From IMG/VR virus record IMGVR_UViG_3300005529_000030, positions 8,597-72,596 of that record: a stretch of 64,000 nt of DNA, one strand, 5' to 3'. The notes under the pieces were generated by a model, which saw only the letters and a program-made list of their open reading frames with translations, did no database searches and had not been told where the DNA came from. Both the position numbers and the translations under genes were made by a program. Below, piece after piece: positions 56,674 to 64,000 of this stretch. The DNA comes from a virus. How positions within the stretch are numbered: the first letter of the stretch is position 1; each line of letters starts with the position of its first letter.

Positions 56674-57078
56674 CTATCTTACGCAGATTCCTCGATTGCC
56701 ACCTTCTAGAATTTTTCTTTCACTATCTAAATTTCTGTTCGCGGCATAAAATTCAGAGAATTTCTCTCCATATCTAGCCTTTAGCTTCGCTATATTTCTT
56801 TCTAGTGTTTCTTCCAATGATAGCATACCGGGCACATTGGACACAAGAGCCAAATACCACACAAGGTCCCCCGCTTCTTCCGACAGATTGATTTTATCTA
56901 GTGGCCTGCCGTAGAAAATATGTTTCTTCAATTGGTCCGCTAGCTCCCCCAATTCGCTAGCCAAACCCAAAATTGCGTGAAGAAAACGTATGTTATCCAC
57001 TGTCAGCCGTTCGGAAATCTTATCGAAATCCTTAGATTCGGTTGTTTCCGCTAATTTTTGATACTCATTAATGTTCAT
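56674..57078 (-). CDS. MazG-like nucleotide pyrophosphohydrolase
   Basis: LGLASELGE..D..KK, EEAGD..WY, NI.KL..RY. Confidence 0.85.
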   Translation of the reverse strand: MNINEYQKLAETTESKDFDKISERLTVDNIRFLHAILGLASELGELADQLKKHIFYGRPLDKINLSEEAGDLVWYLALVSNVPGMLSLEETLERNIAKLKARYGEKFSEFYAANRNLDSERKILEGGNRGICVR

Positions 57079-60000
57079 CCGCATTCTCCTCCTTTTGTTA
57101 TGTCGCAAACTGTACTGCCAGATTCCTCGAATACATGTCCTTCTTGAGACAAAGCAACAGCCAAAGGAACAGGATTTAACGGTTGTCCCGGTCTTGAGCC
57201 GTCGGGATACACTGTTATTCCTCTTAATTTCGGAAGATATTTTATTAGCATGTCACCAAAATTCCTGACTTTATTTTCATTGTTTAGTTCAGAACCCCAT
57301 TTTGGAAGATTAATTGTACTACTGATACTATGGTCCACATACTCTTGAACCCATGCTTGAAATGCCACTCTTCTTTCGACATCTTTAGCCAAGTCGTAAG
57401 CATCTTCAATCAATTCCAACGGCACTCCTGAATCTAAGAGCCTCTTGGCTGTCGGGTCAACGACATATTGAAAGTGCCAAACATCCCCTTTCAAATATCG
57501 TCGCTTATAGGCGGCACAAAATATAGGTTCGATGCCTGTAGTAGTTTCAGCTATGATTCCTATCGTCCCGTTCGGCGCTATTGCTCTAGTTTTTACAGGC
57601 TGACTTAGCTCCCATTTTTTGACATAAGGTGCTACCATCTTTCCTGATTTCGCATAAATTTCCAAATATTTTGCTAATTCTTCATCCGGCCCGTACTTCT
57701 TTCCTTTCTTTAGGAGCCATTCGTGCAGCCCCATAAGTCCTAGGCCAAGACGACGATTCTTGCTGCGCACTTTATCTATAGCAGCAAATGGAACGTCGGA
57801 ATACACAGTTCCCGCCAAGAGAAATGCCGAACCAAGTTCAACTACACGCTCCATTTCCTCTAGCGATTCAATTCTAGCCATGTTAATTGAACCTAAATTA
57901 CAAACGTCGGAATCGTCAGAGCTAGTAATCTCCGTACAATTGGAAATTATAACACCCTCGGCTTGAAAACTGTGTTCATCCACACGAACATCGGCGCAAT
58001 ATACATCCTCCACTCCATCCGATTCGACACTCACTACTTTAATAACAGAGTGGCGGTTGCTCTGTTTCTGTTTTCTCGGCCTTACTCTAATTGTGGGAAT
58101 CAATTTAGAAAACATATCATTGTACTCAGACATTACCACAAGCTGATAGCCTTGAGACTTGCCAAAAGTAGAAATGCCCGCTTTTGTAACTCCAGCAAAA
58201 ATTCCAAATTGTTCCAATAATCTAGCTACGCCCCTCAAAAAACTTTCGTGCTTAGATGCTAATCGAATACGATTCTGTTTAGATTCATAATTTCCATCAG
58301 AATCAAACAAACCAGCCACGAAACTTAATGCCTTATGTTGGTCATAAGCGTACACATCCTTTGGAAATGTTGATTTGTTTCTGCCCGACCAAAAATCACT
58401 TTTCTTAAAATAAGCTCTTAAATATCCTTTGGAGTTGCGGTTCATGCTCGAAAAAATACTAGACCGCGACATGGGTTTAGCACATTTTATGGACTTTTCA
58501 GTGCAAAAAGTTATCTCTGCCGTTCCATTTTTATTAAATGTTCCGTCTCCATACATATAACCCAAAATATAAGAATCTAAATGAAACTTAGTTTTTTGTT
58601 CGGGATAGTTCAAGGCTGTGTACAAAACATCTCCGGGTTTGAGGTCCTTGGCAGGAACCCTAAAAAATCCTTCGCTGCCCGTTAGAAATTCATGGCTTTC
58701 ATCGCAACGAATATATCGCCCGCCAGTCATTTTTACTTTAACAATGGGAGCATCGGACTTTGTTTTTTGAAACACGACATTCAACGCCCACCGCTTTCCT
58801 GTCCATATTGTCACTGGCTTATTTATTATGGCTTTTACTTCTTTATATCCTTCGGAAGTCAGAACCCAAACATCCCCGCATATTGGCGCGTTACGAAGCG
58901 TTTCGCGGGAATTTTTTCCGACGTCAATTGAAAATCCAGGCTCGCCCGTTTCAAGCATGTGCCTGATTGCTGACCAATATACCGACGTTGCCAAAACATG
59001 TTGTTCGTGTTTTTCATTATGGTAAGCCTCAAAAAACTCATCATCCAAAAGAACTGATATATTGGTCATATCCAAGACAGCCGGAAAATTGAAATTTTTA
59101 GTTTTTTCCAACTTTACAACTTCTGACCAATCTTTCATTCTTATAAACTTCTGTATGTCGGGATGTTTCCAATTAAGTCCAGCCCAAATAGCCGAACGTC
59201 GGCTTCCGCCTTGCATAATAAATCGCCCAGCTTCATTGACCATTTGCATAAGAGCCAACGGGCCTGTTGACTTACCGCCTGTTTTTCTGATTATACGTCC
59301 TTCTTCCCGCACATCGGAATAGTCAACTCCGATTCCTCCGCCTGTCATTAGAGCTAAGGTAATTTTGTGCATTAAATCCGCCCAACCTTCGCGCGAATCT
59401 TCAGCCCTGAACAAGAAACAATTACCCGTAAGGATGTTATCTTCTAGCACAAACTCGTGAGTTTCAGGAACAATTGCACAGAACACTTCTTCAAATCTGT
59501 TGGTTTTATTTACTGAAACAACAGACCAAATTGGGGTCTTTTTAATTTTGAAATTTTCCCTGTGCTTAGAAATTAAAAAGAATTTTTTTGAAAGTGTACT
59601 AGGTATAAATGGTAAATAATAAATAACAGATGTCTTTTTAGTTAGATTAGAAATTCTTACCTGCTTCCTAATATTTTTAGTGCCGATGCCGATAACGTAA
59701 CAAATTTCTCTAACACGCTCCAAATTTTTTAGATTTGTAGAAGCTAATTCAATTTTCCCGTCTTTAGACACGCATCCGTCTGCGGCAAAGTATCCACACA
59801 GCCAGCCTAAAAGATATGACCTATCATTTTGAAGAGACGGTAAATCCTTATAAGTTTTTGGGAGTCCCGAAACTTTCACTCCCGATTCGTGTTTTTTTAA
59901 TTTATAACCCTTGAAAAACTTCAAAATCTCAAGGTTCTTCTTTCCACATAACACGACTTCAGAACCGCTACTCCCGAAAACAATGCCGTGCCTAATTCCA

Positions 60001-60584
60001 TCAATACTAATCGGCGTTCTTTTCGCTCCGTATCCGAAAACCTGCCACAACATATCTCCTGGTTTCAGGTCTTTTGTCAATACTTCTACCTTGTGGGCAC
60101 ACCTACCATTGCTATAATACTTGGCTATTCTCCAAGAATGTTCGGGGGTCATGTACAAATCTTTTTCATACTTGTCTCTGCGAATACGCACTCTAAGTAA
60201 AGGCTGCTTTCCAAAACTTTTCACGTCTGCCTCTACCCATGTCCCATTTGTGGTCATAAGAGTAGGTTTAGTTCCTGACAATTCTTTAAGGGTCTTGACT
60301 CCTTCTTTGGTAACTACCCTAGTTTCTCCTGCGCCGCAATTATTCACTTGGTGAAAGAGTCTGCCAGTACTAGCCAAATACCTGCCGCCGGGAATAAACT
60401 TTCGGTTTTCAATTATCTTCCTAGTAGCCTCTATTTGGCTATGAGGCGCACGAACAGCTTGTAAAACTTTTTTGCTCACTCGATAAGCAATGTTTTGCCA
60501 ATTTTCCACCTCGCCTTCTTTATTAAGATGGCTGTATTTTTGCTTCATTATATCGCTTGCGAATTTACTCATTTCAACAGTCAT
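57075..60584 (-). CDS. nrdJ: Class II (B12-dependent) ribonucleotide reductase with two inteins (about 547 aa spliced)
   Basis: PGGRYL, NN|C, GGGIG, RRSA, RNA|CTE, CNLGS, APNGT, ITVYPDGSR; C-terminal C....EC; no beta subunit gene nearby. Confidence 0.85.
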   Translation of the reverse strand: MTVEMSKFASDIMKQKYSHLNKEGEVENWQNIAYRVSKKVLQAVRAPHSQIEATRKIIENRKFIPGGRYLASTGRLFHQVNNCGAGETRVVTKEGVKTLKELSGTKPTLMTTNGTWVEADVKSFGKQPLLRVRIRRDKYEKDLYMTPEHSWRIAKYYSNGRCAHKVEVLTKDLKPGDMLWQVFGYGAKRTPISIDGIRHGIVFGSSGSEVVLCGKKNLEILKFFKGYKLKKHESGVKVSGLPKTYKDLPSLQNDRSYLLGWLCGYFAADGCVSKDGKIELASTNLKNLERVREICYVIGIGTKNIRKQVRISNLTKKTSVIYYLPFIPSTLSKKFFLISKHRENFKIKKTPIWSVVSVNKTNRFEEVFCAIVPETHEFVLEDNILTGNCFLFRAEDSREGWADLMHKITLALMTGGGIGVDYSDVREEGRIIRKTGGKSTGPLALMQMVNEAGRFIMQGGSRRSAIWAGLNWKHPDIQKFIRMKDWSEVVKLEKTKNFNFPAVLDMTNISVLLDDEFFEAYHNEKHEQHVLATSVYWSAIRHMLETGEPGFSIDVGKNSRETLRNAPICGDVWVLTSEGYKEVKAIINKPVTIWTGKRWALNVVFQKTKSDAPIVKVKMTGGRYIRCDESHEFLTGSEGFFRVPAKDLKPGDVLYTALNYPEQKTKFHLDSYILGYMYGDGTFNKNGTAEITFCTEKSIKCAKPMSRSSIFSSMNRNSKGYLRAYFKKSDFWSGRNKSTFPKDVYAYDQHKALSFVAGLFDSDGNYESKQNRIRLASKHESFLRGVARLLEQFGIFAGVTKAGISTFGKSQGYQLVVMSEYNDMFSKLIPTIRVRPRKQKQSNRHSVIKVVSVESDGVEDVYCADVRVDEHSFQAEGVIISNCTEITSSDDSDVCNLGSINMARIESLEEMERVVELGSAFLLAGTVYSDVPFAAIDKVRSKNRRLGLGLMGLHEWLLKKGKKYGPDEELAKYLEIYAKSGKMVAPYVKKWELSQPVKTRAIAPNGTIGIIAETTTGIEPIFCAAYKRRYLKGDVWHFQYVVDPTAKRLLDSGVPLELIEDAYDLAKDVERRVAFQAWVQEYVDHSISSTINLPKWGSELNNENKVRNFGDMLIKYLPKLRGITVYPDGSRPGQPLNPVPLAVALSQEGHVFEESGSTVCDITKGGECG
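57939..58886 (-). mobile_element. RNR intein 2 (316 aa, LAGLIDADG), begins with Pro
   Basis: RNA|PICGDVWVLTSEG...LGYMYGDG..VAGLFDSDG..DVYC...IISN|CTE. Confidence 0.8.
59421..60338 (-). mobile_element. RNR intein 1 (306 aa, LAGLIDADG)
   Basis: VNN|CGAGETRVVTKEG...TPEHSW...LCGYFAADG...VFC...ILTGN|CF. Confidence 0.85.
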
Positions 60585-60590
60585 GCAGTC

Positions 60591-60872
60591 TCACCCCGCA
60601 TATATTTTTCGTACTTGCTTAATTCTTCTGATACCCTTTCTTGAGAAAGGAACGTATTTTCCATCGCACCACGTAACTCGTTCTCGCGCCCACGGCGCGA
60701 GATTTTCTAAATTTCCTTCGGCCACGAAAATAAAATCATGCTCGAATACCCAAACAGGGGCCGCGTTCTGCTTTAGACATTCCGAGCACCATTCAATAGA
60801 ACAAGGAACGCCCGGAATACTTGCAACTCCTACGTCTATTCCGCCTGATTCGTTATTGCAAATTTCACACAT
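60591..60872 (-). CDS. Hypothetical zinc-finger protein
   Basis: CEIC...CSEC. Confidence 0.55.
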   Translation of the reverse strand: MCEICNNESGGIDVGVASIPGVPCSIEWCSECLKQNAAPVWVFEHDFIFVAEGNLENLAPWARERVTWCDGKYVPFSRKGIRRIKQVRKIYAG

Positions 60873-60875
60873 TTT

Positions 60876-61538
60876 TTATTTCCCTTTCCTTAAATTGTCT
60901 ATCTGTCTTTGTTCTGGCACAATATCGTCATACAATATCGGAATGATTCGCTTGAATTCCTCTAACATTGATATGGATATTCTTCTAAAATCAGGATGCG
61001 TTTCTTTGGAAGTCCTCATCAAGAAAAAATTTCTCCAATTCCTCAAATTTCCTGTTACGGCAATTGTTGCGGCCATCGAATTAGGCAATACGGCACGAGC
61101 CGTTTGCGGTTTCGCCCCCCATTCAAGCATATCAAAATAATTTTCTTCCGCTTGTTGTACAGAACGAAGCCAAGCTACTTCTGTGGTTTGATTCAATTCA
61201 ACGGGACGAATAAATTCAATTTCGCCATAACGAACGAATCTAGTACTTTCTTGTGTAAAAGAAAATAGCCTATGGCGAACTAACTCGTGTGTAACTCCCC
61301 TATCTGTCCTAATAACCGCCGTCACAGATGCGTGTTCTGTAACAGACCAATCCCCGTGACTTATTACAACAGCCTCAATGAACCTGCGCCAAGACTCCGG
61401 TGTTTGCTTACTTTCGCTTCTATGACTTATTCTAGCCATTGATTCTATGTGCCAAAGCAATTTTATGCCGTCTTCTGGAGTTAATTTTTCCCCGCTATAT
61501 GGATTAAGTAGATAAAAATTAGGCTCTATAATCTTCAT
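60876..61538 (-). CDS. thyX: Flavin-dependent thymidylate synthase
   Basis: SVTEH, THELVRHRLFSFTQESTRF, ARAVLP, NLRNWR. Confidence 0.92.
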   Translation of the reverse strand: MKIIEPNFYLLNPYSGEKLTPEDGIKLLWHIESMARISHRSESKQTPESWRRFIEAVVISHGDWSVTEHASVTAVIRTDRGVTHELVRHRLFSFTQESTRFVRYGEIEFIRPVELNQTTEVAWLRSVQQAEENYFDMLEWGAKPQTARAVLPNSMAATIAVTGNLRNWRNFFLMRTSKETHPDFRRISISMLEEFKRIIPILYDDIVPEQRQIDNLRKGK

Positions 61539-63547
61539 TCGTCTTCCTCTGGAGGTATTCTCATCAATATAACCTGTTTCGGGTCGCCTTTTACGCCTGA
61601 ACCAGATTCACAAATCCATCCTGCATTGAGCAGCCCTTTATAAACTCGGTCCCATAAATATGTGCCGTGCTTCAAAGGTCGTAAAGCCCTCTCCAAATCA
61701 CGCAAATTAAGCTTTCCGCCGTTGCGCTGCAAAATCTGAATGATTTCACCCTGCAACGCGCCTTCTTTGGTGGTACTTTCAAAAGCAGCCAAATATTTCT
61801 TAACTGCCAACTCATAGTTAGCTATAGCCAATGCCCGCTCCATGCAGCTTTCGTCTATTTCGTCTTTTCCTAAGTCCACAGCAAAAAATAGGGACATTTT
61901 CTCTGCTCGATTCTCAACGCGATTTCCCAAACGATTGATATTCATTTCAAACAAAGTATCGTCAACAATCTTATACAATCCTTTCTGCACAGCCCTTTCA
62001 ATTAGCTGCCGCGTCTTTTGCGCGGCCTGTACGGTATTAACAAACTTATATGGAGTTAAATCAACCAAAATTTCAGGTTGATATAGAAAGAAAAACCGCT
62101 CATCTAATCCGCTGCTTCCCGCCGACATTTTTGACCACAAAGAATGAAAATTTTTATCGGTGGTACAGGCAATCAACGATGCACAGTATGTTCTAGGCTC
62201 GAAGCTGTAACTCTCTCTACGACTTTTAATGGTATTGGAAAATTTACCCGATTCATACATAGTAAGAAGACTAGAAACTAGAGTGCTGCTTTCAATACTG
62301 GCTTTATTCGTTAGATTACTCAATTCATCGTAGAACATTACAGCATTTCTATTATTTGTTCTAGACATCTCCAACCCCAAACCTTCAGGAGAGCCAGGAG
62401 TCCAAATTAAAGATTTACCGGAAGCGTTCCTAGTCGCTGCGCCGCCGTGCTCCACAATTCCAGCCGACTGTAAATAGTCTATCGCGTCCAATACGCTGCT
62501 AGACTTTATGACTCGGCCTTTTCTTCCTATGTTAATTGTATAGAAACTGGGTATTATTTGTTTGTCTTCAACTCTGACCTTGAGAGCCAAATAATTTAAT
62601 ACTATAACCATAGCAGGAATAAACATAAATTCTGGATACCTGCTGTTAGCATCACAAATTGGCTTGACAAAACCCTCGTAAATACTAGTGCCTTCCATAG
62701 CCCATCTCGGAAACATTGGGTATGGAATTCTAGGTATCTCTAAAGGCTCCGTCTCCGACACAGAAACAGGAGGAAAAACAAGACTTCCCGATTCTTTTAT
62801 AACATATTTACTTATGGAATTCGCTATTGTCCTAACTTCTTGTTCTGATAGAGGAGGCCGACACTTACGCTGATTTACGGCCATTCCGTAAGCAAACAAC
62901 TCATCGTAGCCCATTTTCAGGGTTTGTCTGGCTTTTCCCAGAATACTAGTTAATGCCACATTTCGGTTTCCCTCAAAAAAAATCTCGTCGCTGTCGGCGG
63001 CAACTTTAATTTTTTCTTCTTTGCTAGATTTCGCGCACCATTCTACTAGCCAATTTGGGGCTTCTAATATCTCTGAGTCTCGCAATATCTCATAACGTCC
63101 GCCCGACGTGGGATGATAGCTTCCCGGCGCTACAACATAACGATTATCAACTCTGGCTGACCAACATTCTTTTCCTGAAGCGTCCTTTCCTTGGACGTTT
63201 CCTAGTCGTATGCTGGCAGGAGTCTGCCGAAAATAAAAATGGCCTCTTCCGGGAGAGCTACGAACAGCAAAAGTAGGAGGTATCTTTTGTCCTGTTTGTT
63301 CTTCGATTTTTTTGGCAAATCCTGCTTGGTCTATTTCGAGGAACCACACTCCTCCTATCTTAGCAAATGCAACACACGCTGCATTGTAATTTTCGTCTTG
63401 ACGGTCCCATTCCTCTATTATTTTTTCGTCGGTCGTAGCCAAGTCTTGCCAATTAGACAGAAAAGCTACTTTTGTTTTGGGCCGCAGAGGGATTACAGGG
63501 ACACCACGCGAAATGAGAGGAGCCGCAATTTCTTTTAATAGTCCCAT
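61535..63547 (-). CDS. Bifunctional primase-polymerase with PriCT and C-terminal helicase-like domain
   Basis: VIPL.P..K, EID, GHFYF, YVVAPGS.HP, EGNRN, C.PPL...E. Confidence 0.8.
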   Translation of the reverse strand: MGLLKEIAAPLISRGVPVIPLRPKTKVAFLSNWQDLATTDEKIIEEWDRQDENYNAACVAFAKIGGVWFLEIDQAGFAKKIEEQTGQKIPPTFAVRSSPGRGHFYFRQTPASIRLGNVQGKDASGKECWSARVDNRYVVAPGSYHPTSGGRYEILRDSEILEAPNWLVEWCAKSSKEEKIKVAADSDEIFFEGNRNVALTSILGKARQTLKMGYDELFAYGMAVNQRKCRPPLSEQEVRTIANSISKYVIKESGSLVFPPVSVSETEPLEIPRIPYPMFPRWAMEGTSIYEGFVKPICDANSRYPEFMFIPAMVIVLNYLALKVRVEDKQIIPSFYTINIGRKGRVIKSSSVLDAIDYLQSAGIVEHGGAATRNASGKSLIWTPGSPEGLGLEMSRTNNRNAVMFYDELSNLTNKASIESSTLVSSLLTMYESGKFSNTIKSRRESYSFEPRTYCASLIACTTDKNFHSLWSKMSAGSSGLDERFFFLYQPEILVDLTPYKFVNTVQAAQKTRQLIERAVQKGLYKIVDDTLFEMNINRLGNRVENRAEKMSLFFAVDLGKDEIDESCMERALAIANYELAVKKYLAAFESTTKEGALQGEIIQILQRNGGKLNLRDLERALRPLKHGTYLWDRVYKGLLNAGWICESGSGVKGDPKQVILMRIPPEEDE

Positions 63548-63551
63548 CTTT

Positions 63552-63935
63552 TTATTTTGGGTTTCTCCGTGATGCAAAGTACCAATCTTTGTATAAAGCT
63601 TTGAATTCTTCTAGACTTATATTCTTATACATTAAATCTCTGCCGACTTTCATATACTTTTTAGGGAGGAAAAAATAACAACCTTTTTTTGATGTTTTTA
63701 CTTCTTCTATAACTACAATTAAAACTGTCGTATTGGGTAATTTAGATAATCGCTCCAACCATAATCTCTGTCCAATCGGCAAAGGACCATCGTGAAATTT
63801 AGTTTCTATGAGAAGAAAATTTCCACTAACTTCCAAAATTCCGTCAATGTCGCAAGGAAATAAATTAGGGCCTGGCAGCACACCCTCTAAACTTCCATAA
63901 TCAATCACAACAGGATTTCTGACGAGTTCTCGCAT
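63552..63935 (-). CDS. Putative PD-(D/E)XK nuclease
   Basis: PCDIDG...LIETK...GQR..L. Confidence 0.55.
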   Translation of the reverse strand: MRELVRNPVVIDYGSLEGVLPGPNLFPCDIDGILEVSGNFLLIETKFHDGPLPIGQRLWLERLSKLPNTTVLIVVIEEVKTSKKGCYFFLPKKYMKVGRDLMYKNISLEEFKALYKDWYFASRRNPK

Positions 63936-64000
63936 CGTCGTGTTCCTTTTTGAACTGCGAGATTTGTGTACATCATTTACTTTTTTATCAACAAAAAAAA

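Noticed and set aside
60490-61140. 216-aa + strand ORF
   Set aside because: Antisense to thyX, the Zn-finger gene and nrdJ; no motifs
1-64000. tRNA or rRNA genes
   Set aside because: No cloverleaf with T-loop GTTCRA and acceptor stem seen in the intergenic gaps by eye; tRNAscan-SE would be needed to exclude them

Overview
A 64-kb segment of a tailed dsDNA phage genome, probably a temperate podovirus-like phage, with two converging arms. The + strand (1-33.7 kb) carries virion and packaging genes: small head-associated proteins, a histidine phosphatase, an intein-containing terminase, portal, scaffold, major capsid, tail proteins and ejection proteins. The - strand (33.7-64 kb) carries an IS200/IS605 element (tnpA+tnpB), a tyrosine integrase, nucleotide-metabolism genes (GMP reductase, MazG, class II RNR with two inteins, ThyX), a split-frame C5 methyltransferase, a GH108 endolysin, a five-gene glycan-modification cluster, and replication genes (exonuclease, UvrD, PolA, primase-polymerase). 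The most striking feature is missed by the ORF track. The major capsid gene (11208-14816) is split into five exons by four group I introns and splices by hand into a clean 342-aa ORF. One intron is only 168 nt long, one ends in A instead of the near-universal G, and three carry homing endonuclease genes. All calls are from manual motif reading; no database searches were run.
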